NCBI GenBank assembly: GCA_023247445.1
Contig: JAHFGL010000008.1
Location: forward strand, 13,774-77,773
Direction: 5' to 3'
From: Candidatus Omnitrophota bacterium
Lineage (GTDB): Bacteria > Omnitrophota > Gorgyraeia > Zapsychrales > Zapsychraceae
Length of the DNA: 64,000 nucleotides
Within the stretch, counting starts at the first letter, position 1. Each line of letters begins with the position of its first letter. The notes beneath the pieces are model-generated. The model ran no database searches. It saw only the letters and a program-made list of their open reading frames with translations, and had not been told where the DNA came from. The position numbers were made by a program, and so were the translations under genes. This document shows positions 1 through 9,891 of this stretch, piece after piece.

Positions 1-1
1 T

Positions 2-412
2 GATTTCCTTGACAATAAATTCGATCTTGTTCATTCAAGTGGGATTCTCCATCTTAATTCCCGTTACCGGGATATTGTCAAAGAAATGTACAGAGTCTCT
101 GCAAAATATGTTTTATGCGACTTTCGGCTTACCGAAGGTTCTGATGTAATTGGTGAAATGGATGTAAATTTAGTCGGGCAAGAGAAATCTGTAGGAGCCC
201 TGCCTTATATTGTGCTCAATATAGAGCGCCATCTGGAATTTCTTAAGGCATTGCGACCTGCTGCTCTTTCAATTCAAGTCAGAGGATACGCGCACCCTCC
301 TTCAAAATTGGCGCGGATTAAAGTGGGCCGCATCTATATGGCTTTTTTTCTTATAACAAAAGAGAATTCGGCGAATCCTGCCACAAAAGTTGAAATAAAT
401 TTAAATGAGTGA
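2..412 (+). CDS. Class I SAM-dependent methyltransferase, 5'-truncated by window edge
   Basis: Frame is open from base 2, upstream of the called ATG at 86: DFLDNKFDLVHSSGILHLNSRYRDIVKEMYRVSAKYVLCD. The FDLV...LHL...EMYRV pattern is typical of Methyltransf_11/25 C-terminal halves. Confidence 0.7.
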   Translation, partial: DFLDNKFDLVHSSGILHLNSRYRDIVKEMYRVSAKYVLCDFRLTEGSDVIGEMDVNLVGQEKSVGALPYIVLNIERHLEFLKALRPAALSIQVRGYAHPPSKLARIKVGRIYMAFFLITKENSANPATKVEINLNE

Positions 413-1503
413 TTTTTATGATTGAACCCAAGGCACTTTTAAAAAAAATATCCCGAGTCTCTGGACATGGTGAGGCACGTATTGGCCGGGCTATGCGTTT
501 GGATCGCAACGAACGGACAACGCCATTAGCTAAGGATATTGTTGAAGCCGTATGGTCCCAAATTTCTCCGGAAGAAATTGTCGCTTATCCCGAACTGGAG
601 CCGCTTTATCAAAAACTGGCGCGATTTTTGAATGTTCTTCGCCAGAATATTCTTCTGTGCAGCGGTTCTGATACGGGTATTAAGAGTGTCTTTGAAACAT
701 ATGTGCAGCAAGGCGATGAAGTGGTCATTTTGACACCGAGTTATGGAATGTTTTCTGTCTATTGCGATATGTTTGGAGCCACGAAGATTCTTATGCACTA
801 CGATGAGGATTTTTTTCTGCCTGTAAAACGAATAACTGAGAAAATTAATCCCAAAACAAAGCTTGTCATATTAGCTAATCCTAACCATACCGGAACGGTT
901 ATCCAAGAGAAAGATATCCATTCCATCATCGAATACGCGGCCCAGTACAACACCCTCGTTCTGGTCGATGAGGCTTATCACCATTTTTATCCAGAGACCA
1001 TTATTTCTTATATCGGCCAATATGATAACTTAATTGTGGTCCGTAGCTTTTCTAAGGCTTTTGGCATTGCGGCGTTACGTGTAGGATATCTTATAAGTCA
1101 GACACAAAATATTCAAAATTTAGATAAAGTGCGATTGACGCACGAAATTACCAGTGTTTCGGCGAAGTTCGCGGCGTATCTTATTGATCATCCAGAAATT
1201 TATCAGGCATATGTGAAGGATGTTGAAGAGGGAAAAAGTTATATTGCCAAAGAATGTCAGAAAATAGGAATTACGGTGCTGCCATCAACGACTAATTTCT
1301 GTTTTTTTCGTCTGCCTGATTTTTGGGACGCGAAAGAAATGGTTCTTAGCTTAAAAAAACGAGATGTCCATATTAAAGGGCCGTTTCAAGAGGTTCCTCT
1401 TAATGGTCTTATACGGATTACCCTTGGTCCCGAAAAGCAGATGCGGGAATTTATGAATATTTTTAAAGAAATTTTAAAGGAGTGTCAAATTGAAGCGAAA
1501 TAA
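409..1503 (+). CDS. PLP-dependent aminotransferase class I/II (histidinol-phosphate aminotransferase-like)
   Basis: RLDRNE, LANPN, VDEAY and RSFSKAFGIAALRVGY (PLP lysine) motifs. Confidence 0.85.
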   Translation: MIFMIEPKALLKKISRVSGHGEARIGRAMRLDRNERTTPLAKDIVEAVWSQISPEEIVAYPELEPLYQKLARFLNVLRQNILLCSGSDTGIKSVFETYVQQGDEVVILTPSYGMFSVYCDMFGATKILMHYDEDFFLPVKRITEKINPKTKLVILANPNHTGTVIQEKDIHSIIEYAAQYNTLVLVDEAYHHFYPETIISYIGQYDNLIVVRSFSKAFGIAALRVGYLISQTQNIQNLDKVRLTHEITSVSAKFAAYLIDHPEIYQAYVKDVEEGKSYIAKECQKIGITVLPSTTNFCFFRLPDFWDAKEMVLSLKKRDVHIKGPFQEVPLNGLIRITLGPEKQMREFMNIFKEILKECQIEAK

Positions 1504-2287
1504 TTCTACCATCAAAAAAAGAACAAAAAGAATTCCAGTCCTTGGGGCTATCCCCGCCAGAATGGGTTCCAGCCGTTTTCCCGGGAAACCTCTAAAACTT
1601 ATCGCTGGAAAATCCATGATATGGCATGTTTGGCAGCGGGCTTTGTTAAGTGGTGTTCTGGATGACTTAGTAATTGCCACTTGTGATGAGGAGATTAAAA
1701 CAGCCGCTGAGGAGTTCGGGGCGAAAGTTGTAATGACCTCCGACAAACACACGCGGGCTAACGATCGGGTCGCTGAGGTCGCCAGTAAAATTCCCTGCGA
1801 AATTATTTTAAATATTCAGGGGGATGAACCATGCTTGAATCCACAATTAATCCGCGATGTGGTTAACCATATTCGTAAAAATCCGCATGTGCAATGTTCG
1901 AATCCCGTGGCGGTTATTGAAACAAAGGAAGAAAGAGAAACCCCCCATGATATTAAGGTTTGTTTTGATTTAAATGGAAGAATTGTTTATTTTTCCCGCT
2001 GTCCGGTTCCCTCAGATTCGGTCGTTGAGAGAAAATATCCTTGTTACCGGCAGATCCCTATCTTGGCATTCCGGAGTGAATTTTGTCAAAAATTGGCTAA
2101 GCTTAAACCGGGGCCCCTAGAGTTGCAGGAAGGCACCGATTTATTGCGGGCGGTTGAGCATAATTTACCGGTTCATATTTTAAAAACGAAATATCAAACC
2201 AAAGGCGTGGATATCCCTAGTGATATCCAAGAAGTGGAGAAACGCATGGAGAAAGATCCGATTTACAATCGGTATCGTTTCAAATAA
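1490..2287 (+). CDS. kdsB: KdsB-like (CMP-Kdo synthetase family) cytidylyltransferase
   Basis: IPARMGSSRFPGKPL, NIQGDEP, YFSRCPVP and GVDIPSD motifs; the usual EQLR segment reads TDLLR. Confidence 0.8.
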   Translation: MKRNNSTIKKRTKRIPVLGAIPARMGSSRFPGKPLKLIAGKSMIWHVWQRALLSGVLDDLVIATCDEEIKTAAEEFGAKVVMTSDKHTRANDRVAEVASKIPCEIILNIQGDEPCLNPQLIRDVVNHIRKNPHVQCSNPVAVIETKEERETPHDIKVCFDLNGRIVYFSRCPVPSDSVVERKYPCYRQIPILAFRSEFCQKLAKLKPGPLELQEGTDLLRAVEHNLPVHILKTKYQTKGVDIPSDIQEVEKRMEKDPIYNRYRFK

Positions 2288-2306
2288 CCATCAAGAGAGA
2301 TTACAA

Positions 2307-3407
2307 ATGAAAAAGAATATTAAAGTGGCGATTATTGGGTGCGGGCGGGTTTCTTTCCATCATGCAGAGATGCTGCGTGATGTATCCGAGGTTAAAGTAG
2401 TGGCCTGCTGCGATTTAATTAAAGAAAAAGTCGAGAAATTAGCTGGTGAACTTAACTGCCGGGCTTATCTTAATTATCATGAGATGTTGCAGGAAGAGGA
2501 AGTTGATCTTGTGACATTAGCCACACCCACTGGCGTCCATTTTGAGCATGTTCAAGATATATTAAACCATTATAAAGTGAATATCCTTTTGGAAAAACCG
2601 ATGGTTCTTAAAGTCTCGGATGGACTTGAATTAAAACGTTTAGCTGTTCAAAAAGAAGTACGGATATTTCCTGTCTATCAAAATCGTTTAAATAAGTCGG
2701 TTCAAAGAGTTAAAAGTGCCCTTTTGAATGGAGAACTGGGGGATATTGTATTGGGAACAGTAAGGGTTAGATGGTGCCGGCCCCAAAGGTATTATGATCT
2801 GGCCGCTTGGCGGGGAACGTATTCGATGGACGGCGGAGCGTATGTCAATCAGGGAATCCATTTTATTGATATTTTGAGATATTTGGCTGGAGAAATTCAA
2901 GCAGTGAACTCTTGTTTCGCTCGGCTTGGAGCTAAGCCTGAGGCTGAAGATACAGGGGTAAGTTTGCTTCGTTTTGAAAACGGCGCTTTAGGTCAATTAG
3001 AAATAACGATGGCCGCGCGTCCTCATGATTATGAAGCTTCTATTTCCATCGTTGGAAGTAAAGGATTGGCTGTTTTGGGAGGATGGTGCGCGAATAAGTT
3101 ATTGACGTTTTCTCCAAACCCGGAGGATGAACAGATTTTTAGTGAAGAAGTGCCCATGGCTTATGGATTTGGACACCGCGAGGTTTATCGTAGAGTCGCG
3201 AAGGTTTTATTAGAAGAAAATAATCCGCCAGTTGAATTTGAAGATGGGCTGAACACAATACGTTTACTGCACGCTCTTTACCGCAGTAACGAGGAACAAA
3301 AATGGATTAAGTTAGCCGATCAACTGGAATCGTTTCGTTTGGGGGAGCGCAATGAAAAGCTTTTAACCCCTTATCTAATCAAACCTCCACTGGTAAGTAC
3401 TAAATAG
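2307..3407 (+). CDS. Gfo/Idh/MocA oxidoreductase (WlbA/WbpB-like NDP-sugar dehydrogenase)
   Basis: IIGCGRV, EKPM, YQNR, RWCRPQRYY, DGGAYVNQGIHFID; start moved to ATG 2307. Confidence 0.85.
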   Translation: MKKNIKVAIIGCGRVSFHHAEMLRDVSEVKVVACCDLIKEKVEKLAGELNCRAYLNYHEMLQEEEVDLVTLATPTGVHFEHVQDILNHYKVNILLEKPMVLKVSDGLELKRLAVQKEVRIFPVYQNRLNKSVQRVKSALLNGELGDIVLGTVRVRWCRPQRYYDLAAWRGTYSMDGGAYVNQGIHFIDILRYLAGEIQAVNSCFARLGAKPEAEDTGVSLLRFENGALGQLEITMAARPHDYEASISIVGSKGLAVLGGWCANKLLTFSPNPEDEQIFSEEVPMAYGFGHREVYRRVAKVLLEENNPPVEFEDGLNTIRLLHALYRSNEEQKWIKLADQLESFRLGERNEKLLTPYLIKPPLVSTK

Positions 3408-3413
3408 GAAAGC

Positions 3414-4472
3414 ATGGTATCCACAGATGAAAAATTAAAAGTCGGAATCGCCGGATATGGCGTTGTCGGTAAAAGAAGAAGACAATTTATCGATCAAAAT
3501 CTCCATATGAAGACTATCGCGGTATGCGATAAAACGCTGCGTAAATCAGATCTTTTTATCAATGGCGTTAAATGTTGTCGTCATTATAAAGAGCTTCTTA
3601 AAACTCCCTTGGATGTTTTATTTGTGTGTCTGCCTAATTATTTAGCCGCGGAGGTGACGATGGCGGGGTTAGAGAAGGGACTGCATGTCTTTTGTGAAAA
3701 GCCACCGGGACGAAGTGTTGCGGATATCGAAAAAGTTATTGAAGCCGAAAAAAAATATCCAAAGTTGAAATTGAAATACGGTTTTAATCATCGTTATCAT
3801 GATTCGGTGAAAGAAGCTTTAAGGATTATTCAGTCCAAAGAATTCGGCGAGATTATCAACATCAGGGGTGTTTATGGAAAAAGTAAAATCATTTCTTTTG
3901 CCAGTGGATGGCGCGCTAAACGCAAATACGCCGGCGGTGGGATACTCTTAGATCAAGGTATTCATATGGTGGATTTGATGCAGTTATTCTGTGGGAAATT
4001 TGTTGAGGTTAAAAGTTATGTTTCAAATAGCTATTGGCACCACGATGTCGAAGATAATGTTTACGCCATTTTGCGTGATAAGAACAATCGTATTGCTATG
4101 CTTCACTCGAGCGCCACACAATGGCAGCATCAGTTTTCTTTAGATATTACTTTAACCAAAGGATCTCTAAGGCTGCAAGGGATTCTTTCCGGCTCTAAAA
4201 GCTATGGACAAGAACAGCTCGTTAAGGTCCGCCGCAGTGAGGCGGATATCGGCACGCAAAGTGAAGAGGTCATTAATTATCTAAACGACAATTCCTGGCG
4301 GGATGAAGTCAATGAATTTGCCGATAGCATCGTTAATGATAAGCCTACCTATGCGGGAACAATCTTTGATGCCCTTTCCACTATGCAGTTAGTGTACAAA
4401 ATCTATAGCGCCGATGCCGAGTGGAAAGAGAAATTTCTCAAAGAAGATTCCGCTAAGATTTTAACAGTTTAG
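3414..4472 (+). CDS. Gfo/Idh/MocA oxidoreductase
   Basis: GIAGYGVVG, CEKP, GFNHRY, GGGILLDQGIHMVD. Confidence 0.85.
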   Translation: MVSTDEKLKVGIAGYGVVGKRRRQFIDQNLHMKTIAVCDKTLRKSDLFINGVKCCRHYKELLKTPLDVLFVCLPNYLAAEVTMAGLEKGLHVFCEKPPGRSVADIEKVIEAEKKYPKLKLKYGFNHRYHDSVKEALRIIQSKEFGEIINIRGVYGKSKIISFASGWRAKRKYAGGGILLDQGIHMVDLMQLFCGKFVEVKSYVSNSYWHHDVEDNVYAILRDKNNRIAMLHSSATQWQHQFSLDITLTKGSLRLQGILSGSKSYGQEQLVKVRRSEADIGTQSEEVINYLNDNSWRDEVNEFADSIVNDKPTYAGTIFDALSTMQLVYKIYSADAEWKEKFLKEDSAKILTV

Positions 4473-4486
4473 AAATAGGAGACACT

Positions 4487-5107
4487 ATGAATACATTAGA
4501 AGAAATTTTTAGAGAGAGCAGTCTGCAGACAGATTATTTCAAACGGTATTGTCATTATCTGCAAAAATTGATTTCTGAGATTGATGTTGAATCGGTTAAA
4601 AAAGTTGTGGATTGTTTTCTGGAAGCTCGATGTAATAACAAAACAATTTATTTCGCTGGTAATGGCGGCAGCGCGGCAACGGCCTCGCATTTTGCTCAGG
4701 ACATGGGGGAGATTGGAAGAAAAATCCGCGGCAAAGGCTTCCGAACGCAGAGTATCAATGATAATGTCGCCGCGCTAACGGCTATCAGCAATGACTACAG
4801 CTACGATAGTATTTTCTCTATGCAGATCCAATACAACTTTGACGAAAAGGACATTTTAGTTGTTATTTCAGCCAGCGGCAACAGTCCGAATGTCATTAAT
4901 GCCGTCAATCTGGCTAAAGCTAAAGGCGGAATAACAGTTTGTTTGGTGGGATTTGATGGTGGTCGTTTAGCCCAAATTTGCGACCAGGTCATTCATATCC
5001 AAAGCAAAAAAGGAGAATACGGTCCCGTGGAAGATATTCACCTTATTTTAAACCATATGATTGTTTCCTACTTGATGATGGAATTAAAAAAAGAGAGTGT
5101 GTCTTGA
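4487..5107 (+). CDS. gmhA: SIS-domain phosphoheptose isomerase (GmhA-like)
   Basis: AGNGGSAATASHF, TAISNDY, ISASGNSPNV, VEDIH. Confidence 0.8.
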   Translation: MNTLEEIFRESSLQTDYFKRYCHYLQKLISEIDVESVKKVVDCFLEARCNNKTIYFAGNGGSAATASHFAQDMGEIGRKIRGKGFRTQSINDNVAALTAISNDYSYDSIFSMQIQYNFDEKDILVVISASGNSPNVINAVNLAKAKGGITVCLVGFDGGRLAQICDQVIHIQSKKGEYGPVEDIHLILNHMIVSYLMMELKKESVS

Positions 5108-6030
5108 AACACAAAGTTCTTATATCGACATCAACTTTTGGAGTATCCGATGACACGCCTTTAAAACGGCTTGCCCAAGCGGGATTGGAGGCCAACATTA
5201 ATCCCTACAAGCGTAAACTTTCTAAAGAAGAATTGCTAAATTTGTTGCCTGAGGTGACAGGATTAATCGCGGGCCTGGAAACATTAGATGAGGAAGTAAT
5301 GTCCCGGTCGGATTTAAAAGTTATCTCGCGTTGCGGGTCAGGATTGTCCAATATTGACATGCGGGCCGCAGAGAGATTAGGCATTAAAGTATGTAGCACA
5401 CCGCGGGCGCCGACGCAAGCGGTAGCGGAATTAACAATCGCCTGTCTGTTAAATTTATTGCGAGGAGTTTCCACCATGGATCAGGATTTACATCAAGGCC
5501 GTTGGAATAAACAGACCGGATTGCAATTAGAGGGCAAGACTATTTTGATCGTAGGCTGGGGCAGGATCGGACGGCGTGTGGCTGAATTGTTAAGACCGTT
5601 TCATGTGCGGATTATCGTTGTGGATCCATTTGTGCAAAACATTACCAAGCAGTTTGAATTTTTAACGCTGGCTCAGGGTTTACCTTTAGCGGATGTTATT
5701 ACCCTGCACTGCAGCGGTGAAGATTGTTTTTTTTCCGCTGGCGAGTTTGCTTTGATGAAAAAAGGAGCGTTTCTTTTGAACGCGGCCCGGGGAGGATTAA
5801 TTGACGAAAAAGCGTTAATAAAAGCCATTGATGAAAGACTTGTTGCCGGAGCTTGGTTGGATACTTTTGAACAAGAACCTTATGTGGGAGAATTAATGCG
5901 TTATCATCAGGTCCTTTTGACGCCTCATGTAGGATCTTACACCGAAGAATGCCGAAGGCAAATGGAGTTAGAGGCGGTTGAGAATCTTATTTTTGCTTTT
6001 GAAGAAATAGAAAGTCGATGTCAGATATAG
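5104..6030 (+). CDS. D-isomer-specific 2-hydroxyacid dehydrogenase (SerA catalytic-domain-like)
   Basis: AVAELT, VGWGRIG, LNAARGGLID, LDTFEQEP, LTPHVGS; probable TTG start overlaps the gmhA TGA. Confidence 0.85.
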   Translation: MKHKVLISTSTFGVSDDTPLKRLAQAGLEANINPYKRKLSKEELLNLLPEVTGLIAGLETLDEEVMSRSDLKVISRCGSGLSNIDMRAAERLGIKVCSTPRAPTQAVAELTIACLLNLLRGVSTMDQDLHQGRWNKQTGLQLEGKTILIVGWGRIGRRVAELLRPFHVRIIVVDPFVQNITKQFEFLTLAQGLPLADVITLHCSGEDCFFSAGEFALMKKGAFLLNAARGGLIDEKALIKAIDERLVAGAWLDTFEQEPYVGELMRYHQVLLTPHVGSYTEECRRQMELEAVENLIFAFEEIESRCQI

Positions 6031-6764
6031 ATCTGCTGGAAAATTTAGATATCGCTAAAGTAGCGGCTAAGACAGCTGGACAATTTCTCATCAAGCAACA
6101 GCATTTGGCTCGACGTGTGTCTCAGGAACTCTTTCATGATGTGAAAATCAACGGAGACGTTGAGGCCGAGCAGATCATCCTGGAATATTTAAGGAGGCGC
6201 AGTAATTTTGCCATATTATCAGAAGAAACAGCTTCGCCAGATAAAGGGAATCAAGATTATCGTTGGATTGTTGATCCCATTGATGGGACTTTAAATTATT
6301 TTCAAAAGATTCCATTTTGTTGTGTTTCTATTGGTCTTTGGCAAGGGCAGAAGCCAATTTTAGGAGCCGTTTACGATTTTAATAGAGATGAACTATTCTC
6401 AGGAATCGCTGATGAGAAGGCATGGCTTAATGATGTTTTTGTGAAAGTGAGCAAAACCAAAACCAAAGAAAAAGCGGTTCTCTGTACAGGCTTTCCGGCT
6501 CTCACAGACTATTCTCAGGATGCTATACAAAATTTTGTCAAACAAATACAGAATTATAGAAAGATCCGTCTTTTGGGTTCCGCAGCTTTATCCATTGCGT
6601 ATGTCGCCTCAGGGAAGGTAGATGCTTATTGTGAGCGTGGTATTATGCTTTGGGATATCGCCGGTGGGATTCCTTTGTTGTTGGGCGCTGGTGGAAAAGT
6701 TCACATGGAAAAAGCAACCGAAGATAACAGTTTCAATGTTTATATCAGCAATGGATACATCTAA
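6018..6764 (+). CDS. Inositol monophosphatase family protein
   Basis: SEE, WIVDPIDGTLNY, GSAAL, WDIAGG motifs. Confidence 0.9.
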   Translation: MSDIDLLENLDIAKVAAKTAGQFLIKQQHLARRVSQELFHDVKINGDVEAEQIILEYLRRRSNFAILSEETASPDKGNQDYRWIVDPIDGTLNYFQKIPFCCVSIGLWQGQKPILGAVYDFNRDELFSGIADEKAWLNDVFVKVSKTKTKEKAVLCTGFPALTDYSQDAIQNFVKQIQNYRKIRLLGSAALSIAYVASGKVDAYCERGIMLWDIAGGIPLLLGAGGKVHMEKATEDNSFNVYISNGYI

Positions 6765-6798
6765 TCCGATGTGAAGCAGAAAGTCATGGGTCATAACT

Positions 6799-7893
6799 AT
6801 GCCAGATTATTGTGAGTATTCTTTTTCTGCCGATTTTGTAAATCGGCTGCGTAAGTACGTAACATCAAGGGAATACCAAGATGTTGCAACTTATTCAAAA
6901 AGCGAATACTGGCAGCATTTTTCCGATGTTATTGACATTCGTTTCCTTGATAACAAGGTCATGTTAAAGGGGGAGTCAGGCTTTTATATCCCACAAAGAA
7001 AAGATGTGCAGAAGAGAGTCAAAAGAAATGTGACTAAGCTCATTCGGGAACCTTTGAGTTTAATACCATTTTTAAGAAGGAAAATTGGAATGCAGACATC
7101 AGAGATAAAATTATTAAATTATTTTGATGCTTTTGATAAAGTGATGGGCCACGATCGTGTTGCCAATATCGTCCTATCTCCCAATCGAATTAATTTCAAG
7201 GAATTGGCACAAAAACCGGGAATAATTTCTTCTGTTGATGATATGCGCCAGCAATTTTTTGCAAAAGACAAGTACAGTTTAAATGCTCAGATAGTTGAAG
7301 CTTATTATTATTACAACCTGTTGTCTGGTTTTCTAGACCCGACTTCAATTAAAACAGCATTGGAGATAGGTGGGGGAAACGGTAACCTGGCGTCATTATT
7401 TTATAGTTCAATGGATAATTGTACCATCATAAATGTAGATTTGCCCAAGACGCTTTGTCTGGCCATTGTGTTTATCGCAGATTTATTCCCGCAGGCAAAA
7501 ATGCTGTTGCCTCATGAAGAGCGTTCACAAGATTTGAATCATTACGATTTTATTTTTCTTACACCAAAGCAAATTTATATGATCGAGGATAACACCATTG
7601 ACTTGGCGATTAATACCGATTCATTTCAAGAAATGCCTCATCGGCAGATTAGTGAATATTTTAAGTTAATTCAAAGATGTTGTAAGAAGAATGCCTATTT
7701 CTTTACTTCTAATAGAGTAGAAAAGATTCCTTGTGGGCCCAATAATCAGCAAGAAACTTCTGAAACGCCCACCCGCTTTTCAGACTATCCATGGGATTCA
7801 GCCAATGAAGTGTTGGTTTACGAAATATGTAGACTAAAGAGGTTAGTTCAATTAGATGATGTGTTTATTCGTCTGGAGAGAGTAAAAAAATAA
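6799..7893 (+). CDS. Putative sugar O-methyltransferase (TIGR04371-like)
   Basis: LEIGGGNGNLA SAM motif, VDLP, DLAINTDSFQEM. Confidence 0.7.
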   Translation: MPDYCEYSFSADFVNRLRKYVTSREYQDVATYSKSEYWQHFSDVIDIRFLDNKVMLKGESGFYIPQRKDVQKRVKRNVTKLIREPLSLIPFLRRKIGMQTSEIKLLNYFDAFDKVMGHDRVANIVLSPNRINFKELAQKPGIISSVDDMRQQFFAKDKYSLNAQIVEAYYYYNLLSGFLDPTSIKTALEIGGGNGNLASLFYSSMDNCTIINVDLPKTLCLAIVFIADLFPQAKMLLPHEERSQDLNHYDFIFLTPKQIYMIEDNTIDLAINTDSFQEMPHRQISEYFKLIQRCCKKNAYFFTSNRVEKIPCGPNNQQETSETPTRFSDYPWDSANEVLVYEICRLKRLVQLDDVFIRLERVKK

Positions 7894-7935
7894 TTTTGTT
7901 GGATCTAGAACATCATATTGTAAAAGTTTACTTAT

Positions 7936-9891
7936 ATGTCTGTTGTGGAAAACAAAGGAGAACATAAAATTTTATGGGTATGCTGGGAGAAACCGGATAT
8001 TTCTCCAACGGCCGATATGGTGGCTTTAAGCTTTCTTAAACCCAGCGTTGAAGACGGGTTAAAGGGGCAATGGTCAGTTCCTTTGATTTCAGCGCGAGAA
8101 GTTGTTTCCGAGGTTAAAGAAAAAGCCTTAAATTTGTATATCGATATCATTGCCCAAATAGGCATCGTATCTTTAAATGGCATGACATTTCGCAAAGCTT
8201 TGTGTGGCAGTGATGAAGTGAGTTCTTGGTGGTTTCATAAAGCAGCCTGTAAGGATTGTGAAAGCGAACCGACATTTAATCAGATCATTCAGATTCTAAC
8301 TATTCAGCGGATTGCTCAGGAATATCAATGCACGGACATTATTCTTTGCGGCGGGCCATATGAAATCGCACAGGTTTTAAGCAATATGTTTCCCATAAAG
8401 ATTTTAAATTGTAAAAAGCAATCTTTATTATTTCTCTGCGGATTTTCACTGCTTCGCCGGTTTAAGTTCGTTCTGAAATTTTTATACGAGTGGATGTGTC
8501 TTAAGCGCTGTGTTTGTATTCCCGAGAATAGTATAGATATATTATTTTCCGGTTTCTGGGATTGGAGTGTCAAGGAAAATCCTTTAACGGCTAAACTCGA
8601 AGATCGGTATTTTCGGGCCGTCCCGGAAAAATTGCATAACCAGGGTATGCGGCTTGGTTGGTTAACATGGTTTTATAATAATTATGAAACGAATAAACCG
8701 CGACGATCCATTTTTAAGGTTATCGAACCTTTGGCGAAACATTCCCGCATTATCATCGCCCAATGTTTCTTAAGCATAGGGGAGATTTTTCGATCGGTGA
8801 CGCGGTTTAAGCCGTTCTTTACTTTTCTAAGGTATCAGCACCAGGAAGCGTTCAAAAATATTTTTAAACGGAACGGTTTAAATTTTTATCCGCTCCTCAA
8901 GAAATGGCTGTATGCCGGGTTTTTAGATGGGACACTTCCTTATCATGAATTAATTTGTTTGGCTCATAGAAAGGCAGTTCAAAAATATCAGCCTAAGGCC
9001 GTTGTGAGTTTTCTTAATTTTTTCCCGTATGCCCGTGCGTTGTGTGCCGGTGTCAAAAAAGGGTGTCCTTCATGTGCGGTGTATGATATGCAGCACGCGA
9101 GCTATGCATGGGAAGATACTATTGGAAGGCTCGATAGCCGTTGGGAATTCGATGGCATCCCGGATGGATGCTCAATACCGCATGCGGATTACATGTTTGT
9201 GATGGGGGAATTAGGCAGGGATATTTTTATGAAAAGCGGGTTTTCGGACAAACAAATACTATTGACAGGGTCATCCCGTTATGACGAGGCATCTTCGGTG
9301 GATGTGAATAATGGCCGAGACCGCAAATTTGGGAAAAATATTCTTATCGTGGCCGCGCTCAATAAGGAATTGGAGTTGGAGATGGTCGATTGTGTCTATA
9401 TGGTATTTTCTCAATTTCCCGATGTGTCAATTCATCTGCGTTCCCATCCTTTTTCTGATATCCGCTCAGCCATTCAGGCTCAACGATACGGGGACAAAAT
9501 TCATGTTACTTCTGGCACGGCACTCCATGAAGATTTGTCCCATGCCGATATCGTTATTTTTTCATATTCCACGGTTGCGGAAGAAGCTTTTATTCAAGGT
9601 GTTCCGGTTTGGCAGTGGATTTCCACGGGATATAATGCCTCGGCCTTTAGAGATATTAAAGTAGCTCCTGTTTTTTCTTCCGTTAAAGGACTTATTCAGT
9701 TGTATAAACAGTTTTTAAAAGATCCTCAACAGTTTATTCCGACTGTTGAACAGCGACAATTGGTCAAGAAAAAGTGTTTTTATATTAGAGAGGATGGTCT
9801 TCCTTCGGATAATATTGTAGAAGCCTTGGTTTTACAGTGTGGAATAGGAAAGGATCGCAATATTCCCGAACAAAAGGTGACGGTGGGATGA
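7936..9891 (+). CDS. Uncharacterised surface-carbohydrate protein with GT-B-like C-terminus (candidate transferase)
   Basis: 651 aa; MQHA, TGSSRYD, LRSHPF and YSTVAEEA segments resemble GT-B/CDP-glycerol/ulosonyltransferase C-terminal domains. Confidence 0.5.
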   Translation: MSVVENKGEHKILWVCWEKPDISPTADMVALSFLKPSVEDGLKGQWSVPLISAREVVSEVKEKALNLYIDIIAQIGIVSLNGMTFRKALCGSDEVSSWWFHKAACKDCESEPTFNQIIQILTIQRIAQEYQCTDIILCGGPYEIAQVLSNMFPIKILNCKKQSLLFLCGFSLLRRFKFVLKFLYEWMCLKRCVCIPENSIDILFSGFWDWSVKENPLTAKLEDRYFRAVPEKLHNQGMRLGWLTWFYNNYETNKPRRSIFKVIEPLAKHSRIIIAQCFLSIGEIFRSVTRFKPFFTFLRYQHQEAFKNIFKRNGLNFYPLLKKWLYAGFLDGTLPYHELICLAHRKAVQKYQPKAVVSFLNFFPYARALCAGVKKGCPSCAVYDMQHASYAWEDTIGRLDSRWEFDGIPDGCSIPHADYMFVMGELGRDIFMKSGFSDKQILLTGSSRYDEASSVDVNNGRDRKFGKNILIVAALNKELELEMVDCVYMVFSQFPDVSIHLRSHPFSDIRSAIQAQRYGDKIHVTSGTALHEDLSHADIVIFSYSTVAEEAFIQGVPVWQWISTGYNASAFRDIKVAPVFSSVKGLIQLYKQFLKDPQQFIPTVEQRQLVKKKCFYIREDGLPSDNIVEALVLQCGIGKDRNIPEQKVTVG

